Part shown: positions 1 through 8,030 of the stretch, in pieces
How the letters are laid out: the number at the start of each line of letters is the position of its first letter
Numbering within the stretch: position 1 is the first letter of the stretch
Source: a candidate division FCPU426 bacterium
GTDB lineage: Bacteria; Oederibacteriota; JAAXVQ01; JAUVAV01
Direction: 5' to 3'
DNA: 37,079 nucleotides
Assembly (NCBI GenBank): GCA_016929575.1
Contig: JAFGIQ010000148.1
Coordinates: 1-37,079, forward strand
Notes under the pieces: model-generated
What the model saw: only the letters and a program-made list of their open reading frames with translations
What the model was told of the DNA's origin: nothing
The model's database searches: none
Translations under genes and position numbers: made by a program

Positions 1-1668
1 TATCTGGAGCGTGGTATTTTGATTCCAGACATTTTCCGATGCATGCCCGACAATATCAACCAAATTATTCATCTCTATTTCCTCCGCCCGGGCGGCCATG
101 CCGAAAGCAATGGCATCACATGCACGCCGTTTCTCATCTTCCACTTTGAATTTCAGGTGTTTCTCCCCGACCACACGCGGCGGCAGGCAGACCCGAAGTC
201 CCGGCCAGGCGAACAAAGGCCTGGCATTCCGGAATCCGTGCGGTTCAAAGCGCTTCAATTCACGTACCAACCGCGGATTAAGGCTTTTTAAAGTCGTGCA
301 GGCGTCTATTTTGAGCATCGGCTGCCTGTCTTCAGCCCGCCCACGTTCTCCGGCATACTTTTGCATTGCCTCTTGGAAGCGCTCCATATTGCCGACAGCC
401 AGGGTAATGCCGGCAGCCAAATCATGCCCTCCCCAGTTTTCCAATAATTTGGAATTCTGTTTCAACGCCGCATGCAAAGATACGCCTTCCACACTTCGTC
501 CGGACCCTTTGGCAAACCCGTTTTGCACACACAACACAAAACACGGCCGTTGGTATTTTTCACAAAGCCGCGAGGCTGTCAAGCCCACCACACCAATGGG
601 CCATGCTTCGCCGTGTACAACGAGGAATTCCGGCAGGGAGTGCAAGGACTGTATCTGTAACTCGGCTTTTTCCAGCACATCTTGCTCCAGTGTTTGCCGT
701 TTGCTGTTTTGTTGACACAAAAATCGTGCCCGCGCTTCCGCGGTTTCCGCATCCTGGGTCAGGAGCAGATCAAAAGCAGCTTGGGCGTCACCCAGACGCC
801 CGGCGGCATTGATTCGCGGCGCCAAGCGGAAGGCAAGATCCATCGAGGTCATGGTTCCTGGTCCCAACCCGGCCGCATGCGCCAAAGCCCGCAAACCGAG
901 GCGCTGTCCCCTGTTGATGACTGCCAGCCCGGCCCGGGTAAGCAAACGGTTTTCTCCTGTCAGCGGCACAACGTCTGCCACCGTACCCAGCGCCACCAAG
1001 TCCAGGTACCTGCGCAAATGCTCCTCGTTTTGTTCCCCCAGTGCATGCGCTGCCGCCCTCACTACCTGCAGCGTCACTCCAACCCCTGCCAGGATCTTCA
1101 TCTCCTCCGGACCCGTCACTTTTGGATTGACAATAACGGTTGCCTCCGGAAGCCCCTCGCCCGCTTCGTGATGATCGACGACCAGCACGTCCACTCCCTG
1201 GCGGCGGGCATAAGCGATTTCTTCCTGCGCGGTTATGCCGCAGTCTACCGTGATCAGCAGCCTTGTCCCCGCCTGTACGGCGCCTGCCACCGCCTTTTGG
1301 CTCAATCCGTATCCTTCCAGCAAACGGTTGGGCAGCAAGACCCCGCAACCGCCGCCTTGGCGCCGGATGAATTCCGCCAGCATGGCCGCGGAAGTAATGC
1401 CGTCGACATCATAATCGCCAAAAACCATGATCTGCTCTTTGGCCTGAATGGCGCTTTTAATCCGCTCGCCAGCCAGCGCGGCTCCGGGCAGATCGGTGAA
1501 ATGCCTAAAGCGCAAACCCGTGGCATCCCAGAAATGCTTGGCATCTTCACCGTCATATCCGCGATTCGCCAGCACGGCCGCTGTAAGCGGCGATACATCC
1601 AGTGCGTGCATCAGGGACTTTATTTTTTCATCCCCTATGGGCGAGGGGAAAATCCAACGCTTGGTCAT
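1..1668 (-). CDS. recJ: RecJ single-stranded-DNA-specific exonuclease, partial (C-terminal end lies beyond the left window edge; 556 codons visible)
   Basis: It is absent from the ORF track because no stop codon lies in the window. I checked every frame-1 triplet from 1 to 1668 and found no tta, cta or tca, which would be minus-strand stops. The ATG at 1668 has GAGG at 1677-1680 and an in-frame upstream TAG at 1672-1674. The translation MTKRWIFPSP... contains DHH-family motifs (VFGDYDVDGITS, ITVDCGI, VVDHHE) and the DHHA1 motif GGHDLAAGIT. Confidence 0.9.
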   Translation of the reverse strand, partial: MTKRWIFPSPIGDEKIKSLMHALDVSPLTAAVLANRGYDGEDAKHFWDATGLRFRHFTDLPGAALAGERIKSAIQAKEQIMVFGDYDVDGITSAAMLAEFIRRQGGGCGVLLPNRLLEGYGLSQKAVAGAVQAGTRLLITVDCGITAQEEIAYARRQGVDVLVVDHHEAGEGLPEATVIVNPKVTGPEEMKILAGVGVTLQVVRAAAHALGEQNEEHLRRYLDLVALGTVADVVPLTGENRLLTRAGLAVINRGQRLGLRALAHAAGLGPGTMTSMDLAFRLAPRINAAGRLGDAQAAFDLLLTQDAETAEARARFLCQQNSKRQTLEQDVLEKAELQIQSLHSLPEFLVVHGEAWPIGVVGLTASRLCEKYQRPCFVLCVQNGFAKGSGRSVEGVSLHAALKQNSKLLENWGGHDLAAGITLAVGNMERFQEAMQKYAGERGRAEDRQPMLKIDACTTLKSLNPRLVRELKRFEPHGFRNARPLFAWPGLRVCLPPRVVGEKHLKFKVEDEKRRACDAIAFGMAARAEEIEMNNLVDIVGHASENVWNQNTTLQI

Positions 1669-1840
1669 CAACTAAACCTCCAGCCCGTTAAAAGCAAAAA
1701 TAGGCAATAAGCCAATCAGACATGGAATGTGAAAGAGAATCATGCGGCGTAGGAAACTGAAGGGATATTTTTCCATAAACAGCAACCCAGCAAAGGCCTT
1801 GGTTTTGCGCCGCTGCTGGCATGCAGCAGTTGTCTGCGGC

Positions 1841-3667
1841 TCAACTGGCCACGCGCAGGAGTTCGTCGTAGGAGGTGACTCCCGCCAGCACTTTTTTCGC
1901 CATCTCCACCTTTAAGGAAATGAATCCCGGTGTATCCGCAATGGCCTTTTTCATGACCGCTGCGGGGGCCTTGTTGATGATCATATCCCGTATTGCTTCT
2001 TTAATGTGGACAATCTCGTATACCGGCTGCCTTCCCCGGTATCCTGTACGCGAACACTGGTCACACCCGCGGCCCCGGGTGAGCATGGCTTTGCGCCCGG
2101 CCTGAGCACCAAGATACTTGGCAATTTCCGGCGGGGCCTCATATGTCTCCCGGCATTGCGGGCACACCACCCGCACCAGGCGGACATTGACAATGCAGGT
2201 CAGGGCCACGCCCGCCAGATAAGGCTCGATGCCCATGTTCACCATGTATTGTATTGCCGAAACCGGATCGTTGGCATTCAGCGTGGAAATGATAAGATGT
2301 CCCGAGGGCACCGCATCCAACAGCATGCGGGCGATCTCCAGGTCAGTGATTTCCCCCACCAATAATACATCCGCGTCCTGCGCCAACATGGCGTGCACCC
2401 CTGCACGGTAAGAAAGCCCGCGTCGTTCGTTGACCACCACCTGGTTGATGCCCGGCAGCGAGTAGTCAATGTTTTCATCGATTGCCGATACATTGCGGGT
2501 TGGTTGGTTTAAGGCGTTGAGAGTCGCATAAGCAGTGGTGGTACGCCCGCTCTGCCTCGGTCCGGTGATCAGTATCAAACCGTGCGGTTGCTGAATAATT
2601 CTCCGGTAAAGATCATATTGCCCGGGTTCCATGCCGATCTTATCCAGATCCAATATGGCGTTTTCGGTGTTCATGATATGTAAAACAACTTTTTCCCCCC
2701 ACATGGTGGGCGCAATTAAAAGCGACATGGATACGTCTTTTCCCGGTATTTTGAGTTTCAGGCGCCCTTGTTGGGCTTGTCCTTTTGTCTGCGTGTCCAT
2801 TTCCGCCATGACTTTCAAGCGGGTGGAAAGCGCATTGGCCAATGACCGCGGAGGCGACTGGACTTCCTGCAAAATGCCGTCTATCCGCCAACGGATGCGG
2901 AAATTTTTCTCATAGGGTTCAAAGTGTATGTCCGTGGCGCCGACTTTATTGGCTTCCACCAAGACGCTGGTTAAAAAATTGATCACCGGCGTATCTCCCG
3001 CGCCCATGGCGGTGGCAGTGGGAATGGCGGAAACGGGTTCGGGAGTGTTGTCGGCATGGGCGGCGGCGGCGGAAGCGGCGGAAGCCATGGCATTTAAACC
3101 AGAAGCGCCTGGGGGCGTATGCATGGACGCGGCCGGTGCCGGTTTGCCGGCTGCCATGCCCTGGGGCGCCGAACCAAAAGTATCATCCATGGCCGAAGCT
3201 TTGACCAGTTCACCGGTATCTTCCTCGCGGTAGCCGAAATATTTATCCAGGGCGGATTTAATCTCTTTTTCCGAAGAAAACCGCAATTCCAAATCACAGC
3301 GCGTTGTCATTTTGATGTCATCGGTGACAAAGACATTGGTCGGATCAGCCATGGCCAAAAGCAGGGTGTTCCCTTTTTTACTGACCGGGATGACATTCTG
3401 GGTGCGCATCAATTGTTCGGGGATGAGTTTTAATAAGGCGGGTTGAATATTCTGCATCTCGGAAAGAGATATATACGGCACTCCCATCTGGGTCCCCAGA
3501 AAAGCATTGAGGACTTCCAGGGTCACATATCCCTTCCTGACCAATATTTCACCCACTTTTTCTCCGGTTACCTTTTGTTCCTGCAAACATTCCTTTAATT
3601 GTTCCTGACTAATAATATCTTCATCCAGGAGCATTTCGCCGATGCGATGCCCTTTGCCGGTCGCCAT
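1841..3667 (-). CDS. GspE/PilB-family secretion-ATPase homologue with an N-terminal MshEN-type domain; catalytic motifs are degenerate (probable pseudo-ATPase)
   Basis: 608-aa ORF with ATG at 3667 and AGGAGG about 7 nt upstream. Family landmarks are present: TDIHFEP, FRIRWRIDG, VLLVGE (Walker B), SGHLIISTL, and a C-terminal tetracysteine CPQC...CDQC. The Walker A reads GPRQSGRT where the family has GPTGSGKT. Residues 8-60 match the tandem MshEN motif. Residues about 160-225 form an Ala/Pro-rich linker. Confidence 0.85.
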   Translation of the reverse strand: MATGKGHRIGEMLLDEDIISQEQLKECLQEQKVTGEKVGEILVRKGYVTLEVLNAFLGTQMGVPYISLSEMQNIQPALLKLIPEQLMRTQNVIPVSKKGNTLLLAMADPTNVFVTDDIKMTTRCDLELRFSSEKEIKSALDKYFGYREEDTGELVKASAMDDTFGSAPQGMAAGKPAPAASMHTPPGASGLNAMASAASAAAAHADNTPEPVSAIPTATAMGAGDTPVINFLTSVLVEANKVGATDIHFEPYEKNFRIRWRIDGILQEVQSPPRSLANALSTRLKVMAEMDTQTKGQAQQGRLKLKIPGKDVSMSLLIAPTMWGEKVVLHIMNTENAILDLDKIGMEPGQYDLYRRIIQQPHGLILITGPRQSGRTTTAYATLNALNQPTRNVSAIDENIDYSLPGINQVVVNERRGLSYRAGVHAMLAQDADVLLVGEITDLEIARMLLDAVPSGHLIISTLNANDPVSAIQYMVNMGIEPYLAGVALTCIVNVRLVRVVCPQCRETYEAPPEIAKYLGAQAGRKAMLTRGRGCDQCSRTGYRGRQPVYEIVHIKEAIRDMIINKAPAAVMKKAIADTPGFISLKVEMAKKVLAGVTSYDELLRVAS

Positions 3668-3746
3668 ATCCTTCCCTCCTGCCAGGAAATCAGTAAACTG
3701 ATGCCGTCTGATTTTTTAAATATTTCTCCAGCCGATACTTTTCTCT

Positions 3747-3776
3747 ATTTTATGATATATCCCCACATGTGTCCAA
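3747..3776 (-). promoter_or_regulatory. Candidate sigma70-type promoter for the PilB-like gene
   Basis: On the minus strand the sequence reads TTGGAC (3771-3776), an 18-nt spacer, then TAAAAT (3747-3752), about 75 nt upstream of the ATG. A 6-2-6 palindrome ATCAGTTTACTGAT (3689-3702) lies in the leader. Confidence 0.45.
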
Positions 3777-3793
3777 ATTAATTTCTGAAAAAC

Positions 3794-3980
3794 TGAAACC
3801 TCTGAAAAAGATTTTATAGCCATCCGCCTGAATGGATGTTTGGGATGGGGATGAGACGGCGTTCAGCGAAAAAGACTGGTATTGCTACTTTTTCGCTGCC
3901 GAGGCCGCCCACCCACTGGCGGCCGTCCGGCGAAGGCCCATACCAAACATCCGTTTGCAATCAATTTTTCAGAGGTTTCA
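3794..3980. repeat. 187-bp element bounded by perfect 16-bp terminal inverted repeats (MITE-like element or structured RNA)
   Basis: TGAAACCTCTGAAAAA at 3794-3809 is the exact reverse complement of TTTTTCAGAGGTTTCA at 3965-3980. AAC flanks both ends (3791-3793 and 3981-3983). Two internal hairpins are present: CAGCGAAAAAG/CTTTTTCGCTG (3864-3874 with 3888-3898, 11 bp) and GGCCGCC/GGCGGCC (3903-3909 with 3918-3924, 7 bp). The inverted repeats are directly visible; the classification is inference. Confidence 0.6.
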
Positions 3981-4294
3981 AACTGTTACTATCCGGTCTG
4001 CTGAAATCCGCGCCATCATGTCTCATGGGAAGCGCCACCCCCAAAACCAGCAATTGACGCTGATGACACCCGCAACAGACAATGCCACCTGCGCGCGGAA
4101 GCAAAATACTGTTTGCCGTTATTCTATGGTGTTTTTACAGAATTGCAGCCAATGGTATACCTGGCCACCCGCGAGCATCAACACATCCATTGATGCTATG
4201 CAAACTATTTGGGGCAAGGATGGGTTCATGTTCCATGTGAATTTCCCCAATGCCGGCGTTACTCCTTTGGGGTCATGCCTGCAGGCAAAAATAA

Positions 4295-5983
4295 TTATCC
4301 TCCAAAGAGGCCAAACAGGCCCTTTTTCTTGTTGGTTTTGCGAAGTTCGGCTTCGTCGGCCGGCTTATCGCTGGTGACTTCGTCATACTCAACATTTTTC
4401 TGTTTGGCGGCCTCGGGTTTGGCCACTATTTTTGCCTCTGACTGTTCCTTTGCATACTGGGTGATTTCGGTCTCGGTCAGACCGGAATTGGGGGTTATTT
4501 TGATGGCCTGCTCTTTCCCAGTTCCCAAATCTGTCGCTGAAACACGGACAATACCGTTTGCATCCACATCAAAGGAAACCTCGATCTGCGGGACCTCACG
4601 TGGAGCAGCCGGAATGCCCACCAAGTCAAAGGTTCCGATCAATTTGTTGTCCGCCGCCATGGGCTTTTCGCCCTGGTATACCTGTATGCGCACAAAAGTT
4701 TGGTTGTCCTTGGCAGTGGAAAATATTTCTCCCTTGCGCACCGGAATGGTTGAATTCTTCTCTATGATTTTGGACATCATGCCCCCCTCGGTGCGAATGC
4801 CCAGCGAGAAAGGCGTGACATCCAGCAGGAGGATATCGCGGATGTTTCCCTTTAAAACCGAAGCCTGGATGGCGGCGCCGCCGGCTACCGTTTCATCAGG
4901 ATTGACGCCGGGATACGGATCCTTGTTGAACAGCTTCTTGACCGTCTCGCGGACCTTCGGCATGCGCGTCATCCCGCCTACCAGCACCACTTCGTCAATG
5001 TCCTGCGGTTTTAAGCCCGCATCATGCAGCGCCTGTTCACAGGGAGGAATGGTCATCTCAACCAGCTTTTTGGTCAAATCCTCCAGTTTGGCCCGGGTCA
5101 GTTTGGCATTTAAATGTTTCGGTCCCGAACTGTCAGAAGCAATGAACGGCAAAGTGATTTCAGCCACCGGCTTATCGGAAAGTTCGCATTTGGCTTTTTC
5201 CGCCACTTCCTTAAGCCTTTGCAGTGCAATCCGGTCTTGCCGCAGGTCTAGTCTTTCCTTTTTCATAAAATCCTCAATAAGCCAGTCTATGATTTTCTGG
5301 TCAAAATCATCGCCGCCCAAATGGGTGTCGCCGGAAGTCGATTTGACTTCAAAGACGCCGTTGCCCAATTCCAGAATGCTGATATCAAAAGTACCGCCGC
5401 CCAGGTCATAAATGGCGATCTTGCGCTTGGTTTTGCGGTCAAAACCCGAAGCCAGGGAAGCGGCCGTGGGCTCGTTGATGATGCGCAAAACATCCAGCCC
5501 GGCTATTTTCCCGGCGTCTTTTGTGGCTTGGCGCTGGCTGTCATTAAAATACGCCGGACAGGTAATGACCGCCTTCTCGATCTTTTCCCCCAGGAAGGTT
5601 TCGGCGTCACGTTTCATTTTACCCAGAATCATGGCAGATATTTCCGGAGGGGAATATTGCCTGCCGTGCACCTCCACCCGGACATCGCCGTTGGCAGCTG
5701 CCACCAGTTTGTACGGAATGAGTTCCTTGTCTTTGGTGACAGACGGGTCATCCAGTTTCAACCCCATGAAGCGCTTAATGGAAAAAATGGTGCTTTCCGG
5801 ATTGATGACTTCCTGGCGCTTGGCTGGTTCGCCCACAACGATCTCGCCGTTTTTCATAATACTCACCACCGAGGGGGTGGTGCGCATGCCTTCGGTATTT
5901 GGAATAATGGCCAGGTCATTGTCCTGCATGATGGCAGCACAGGAATTGGTGGTGCCCAAATCGATGCCGATTATTTTAGACAT
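4295..5983 (-). CDS. Atypical Hsp70 (DnaK paralogue, HscC-like, helical lid largely missing)
   Basis: 562-aa ORF. Hsp70 signatures are present: [66 protein letters not shown]. The substrate-binding beta-domain is present ([12 protein letters not shown]). The sequence ends about 55 aa after the GLTETEI position, so most of the alpha-helical lid is absent. Confidence 0.93.
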   Translation of the reverse strand: MSKIIGIDLGTTNSCAAIMQDNDLAIIPNTEGMRTTPSVVSIMKNGEIVVGEPAKRQEVINPESTIFSIKRFMGLKLDDPSVTKDKELIPYKLVAAANGDVRVEVHGRQYSPPEISAMILGKMKRDAETFLGEKIEKAVITCPAYFNDSQRQATKDAGKIAGLDVLRIINEPTAASLASGFDRKTKRKIAIYDLGGGTFDISILELGNGVFEVKSTSGDTHLGGDDFDQKIIDWLIEDFMKKERLDLRQDRIALQRLKEVAEKAKCELSDKPVAEITLPFIASDSSGPKHLNAKLTRAKLEDLTKKLVEMTIPPCEQALHDAGLKPQDIDEVVLVGGMTRMPKVRETVKKLFNKDPYPGVNPDETVAGGAAIQASVLKGNIRDILLLDVTPFSLGIRTEGGMMSKIIEKNSTIPVRKGEIFSTAKDNQTFVRIQVYQGEKPMAADNKLIGTFDLVGIPAAPREVPQIEVSFDVDANGIVRVSATDLGTGKEQAIKITPNSGLTETEITQYAKEQSEAKIVAKPEAAKQKNVEYDEVTSDKPADEAELRKTNKKKGLFGLFGG

Positions 5984-6005
5984 ATGAATCGCCTTCCCCG
6001 TTAGG

Positions 6006-6551
6006 CTACTTCTTGCTCAATTCATCCAGCCTTCTCAACGTGCGGTGTATCTCCTGGTCTTTGGGATTCAGGCCCATGACCTTTTTAAAATAGTTGCGGG
6101 CCTCGTCATATTTATGCATATCCACCAAACATAAGCCGATATTATACAGCGCCTCCGGAAATTTCGGCCATTGCAGGACGGCATCCCGAAATTTGGCCAT
6201 GGCTTTGGCTTTTTGCCGGTCAAAAAGCATCACCCCGGCTTTGAAGTGCGCCACTGACAATTCCCATTGTTTTTTCTGTTTGCCTTGAAAAAACATGAAT
6301 CTGCGTTCAGGCGCTTTTCTTTTCACCTGGCAATATATTTGAAAATTATGCAGTTTGCGCTTTTCCGGGTTGGAGAGCCACTGGAACGCTTCCACGACTT
6401 TGGCCGTCATTTTATGCGCCCATTCTGCCCGGTCAGGATTATGATCCGGATGGTATTTGTATAAAAGCATCCTGTATGCAGTCTCAATCTCCTGCAACGT
6501 CGCAGCCGGATATACTTCCAGTATCTCGTAATAATTTTCATTCACAGCCAA
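6006..6551 (-). CDS. J-domain protein with C-terminal TPR repeats (dedicated Hsp70 co-chaperone)
   Basis: 181-aa ORF ending 22 nt upstream of the Hsp70 start. The J-domain reads YYEILEV...[16 protein letters not shown], with the HPD tripeptide. The C-terminal part ([45 protein letters not shown]) has a TPR-like pattern. Confidence 0.9.
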   Translation of the reverse strand: MAVNENYYEILEVYPAATLQEIETAYRMLLYKYHPDHNPDRAEWAHKMTAKVVEAFQWLSNPEKRKLHNFQIYCQVKRKAPERRFMFFQGKQKKQWELSVAHFKAGVMLFDRQKAKAMAKFRDAVLQWPKFPEALYNIGLCLVDMHKYDEARNYFKKVMGLNPKDQEIHRTLRRLDELSKK

Positions 6552-6560
6552 GCTCCAGTT

Positions 6561-8015
6561 TTAAAATTTTGCGCCCGTCACCCGATACACTTCCAATGTC
6601 TCGCCTGTATCCGGCATCTGCAAATCTTCCACTTTTTCCCCCCGTATCAGGTTGGTAACGCGCCGGAAAATATCCCCGGCCACCATCACCACGGAAAAAG
6701 GCTGATTGCTCATCTTTTGGGTGAATTGCAGGTAATCGCGCACGACTTCCATGGCACCCATGCCGCGGGGTGAAATCAGCGAGCCGATTGCCTCGCCGGA
6801 AGTAATGCCCAGGGAAATATACAGGGGTGATTTTTTTTCCGTCATCCGTCTTTTGTTCATTTCTGCCAGGGCTTTTTGAATGTTGACCGCCGATAAAACT
6901 GCGCGCCGGTCGTCATCCTGATGGGGCTGGGGAATCCCAAATACCGCAATAAAAACATGCTCGGTGAATTTATATACCTGGCCTTCGTACTCAAACAAAA
7001 TCGACATCAATTTGCGAAAATACAACTCCAGGGCCGAGGCCAGGGAGGCTGCGTCCTGCGTGGAGGCCTGTTGCGCAATCTGGGTAAGATCCGCAAAGAA
7101 AATGGTCACCGGGAAACGTTTGCCCTCGCCTTCCAAATGGATGGACGAACTGTCCACAAATCTTTCCTGCACCTCGTTGCTGACATACAGCTCAAAAGAC
7201 GCCTTTATTTTCTCCACTTCCTTCAATTCGTCGGCCACGACGTCAAAAGCATCCTTGATCCGTACTTTTTCCTTCAACTCCTGGACCATTAAATTAAAAC
7301 TTTGCGTCAACAGCCCGATCTCATCGCTGCTTTTGACTGCAGCGGTGACGCCGAGATCCCCTTTGGCCACCCTGGCCATGGCTTCTGTCAGTTCGGCAAT
7401 GGGGCGGGTGATGGTTTTGGAAACCCAAAACGCCCCGCCCAACCCCAGGATCATCATCACCAGGGTCAGTAAAATATTTCTGACTTTCGCCATCATGATT
7501 TCCCGCCTCAAGCTCAGCAGGGAAAAACGAATGTTTACAGTGGCGACCCGCCGCTCTTCTACGATAATATCCCCTGAAATTTTGGCCGTGTTGCCGGGGA
7601 CAAACTCATGCTGGACCAGTTTTTGCAATGCCTCCTCGGTTTCGTCCATGCCTTCCAGCGCGGGATCCAAAGCCGCGGCGGCTGCGGGATTGACAGTGAA
7701 GGCCCGCACGTCCCCTTCATTGCCTATAATGGAAATATACAATATGTTTTCATCCAGATTGCGCACCACTTTGATAAATTCACGAAAGATCGGCCAGGCC
7801 ACCCGTTCCCCGGCCAGCGGTTCGATCAATTTTAAGGCGGCAATCATATTGGCCACATCGGTCATGCGCTGATCCATCTCTTTGTTTTTCAGCAGCTCTT
7901 CCTGGTAAATGGAAAAATATGAGACCACCACCATGATCAGCGCGACCAGGGAAATCACCAGCAGGGTTATTTTATAGGTCAGACCAAACTTGGTCTTGGT
8001 GTTTTTTTTTGCCAT
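6561..8015 (-). CDS. Membrane receptor: two TM helices, an extracytoplasmic sensor domain, HAMP, and a class III nucleotidyl-cyclase-homology domain (apparently degenerate)
   Basis: 484-aa ORF. TM helices lie at about residues 15-37 and 178-197 and flank a segment of about 140 aa. The HAMP domain reads RPIAELTEAMARVAKGDLGV...SDEIGLLTQSFNLM. A coiled coil follows. The cyclase-homology landmarks are VTIFFADL, AVFGIP and SLGITSGEAIG. Confidence 0.85.
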   Translation of the reverse strand: MAKKNTKTKFGLTYKITLLVISLVALIMVVVSYFSIYQEELLKNKEMDQRMTDVANMIAALKLIEPLAGERVAWPIFREFIKVVRNLDENILYISIIGNEGDVRAFTVNPAAAAALDPALEGMDETEEALQKLVQHEFVPGNTAKISGDIIVEERRVATVNIRFSLLSLRREIMMAKVRNILLTLVMMILGLGGAFWVSKTITRPIAELTEAMARVAKGDLGVTAAVKSSDEIGLLTQSFNLMVQELKEKVRIKDAFDVVADELKEVEKIKASFELYVSNEVQERFVDSSSIHLEGEGKRFPVTIFFADLTQIAQQASTQDAASLASALELYFRKLMSILFEYEGQVYKFTEHVFIAVFGIPQPHQDDDRRAVLSAVNIQKALAEMNKRRMTEKKSPLYISLGITSGEAIGSLISPRGMGAMEVVRDYLQFTQKMSNQPFSVVMVAGDIFRRVTNLIRGEKVEDLQMPDTGETLEVYRVTGAKF

Positions 8016-8030
8016 CAGCGCTTTGTTTCC

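Noticed and set aside
682-1710. 342-aa plus-strand ORF, with other plus ORFs at 19-812, covering the left end of the window
   Set aside because: It is Arg/Pro/Gln/His-rich with no recognisable motifs, and it lies exactly antisense to an uninterrupted RecJ reading frame with clear DHH/DHHA1 motifs. It is a shadow ORF.
1672-1743. 23-codon hydrophobic mini-ORF (MILFHIPCLIGLLPIFAFNGLEV) just upstream of recJ
   Set aside because: It is too short to support from sequence alone, has no clear SD, and could be chance in a 172-nt spacer.
4135-4236. 33-codon minus-strand ORF (MEHEPILAPNSLHSINGCVDARGWPGIPLAAIL) downstream of the Hsp70 gene
   Set aside because: It has only a weak SD-like GGGGA, no recognisable motif, and its length is within chance expectation.
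3668-4294. Known RNA genes or riboswitches in the 627-bp gap (tRNA, tmRNA, RNase P, SRP RNA, c-di-GMP-I/GEMM)
   Set aside because: I found none of the conserved core sequences I know for these families on either strand. This is only a by-eye check; an Infernal/Rfam scan is needed.
3832-4377. 181-aa plus-strand ORF filling the large intergenic gap
   Set aside because: It runs through the inverted-repeat element and its hairpins and overlaps the Hsp70 3' end. It has no SD, and its composition (many Cys, Trp and Arg) is not protein-like.
4209-6004. 400-aa, 227-aa and 191-aa plus-strand ORFs opposite the Hsp70 gene
   Set aside because: Their composition is Ser/Pro/Arg-rich and they have no family resemblance. 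The opposite strand encodes a textbook Hsp70. These are antisense shadow ORFs.
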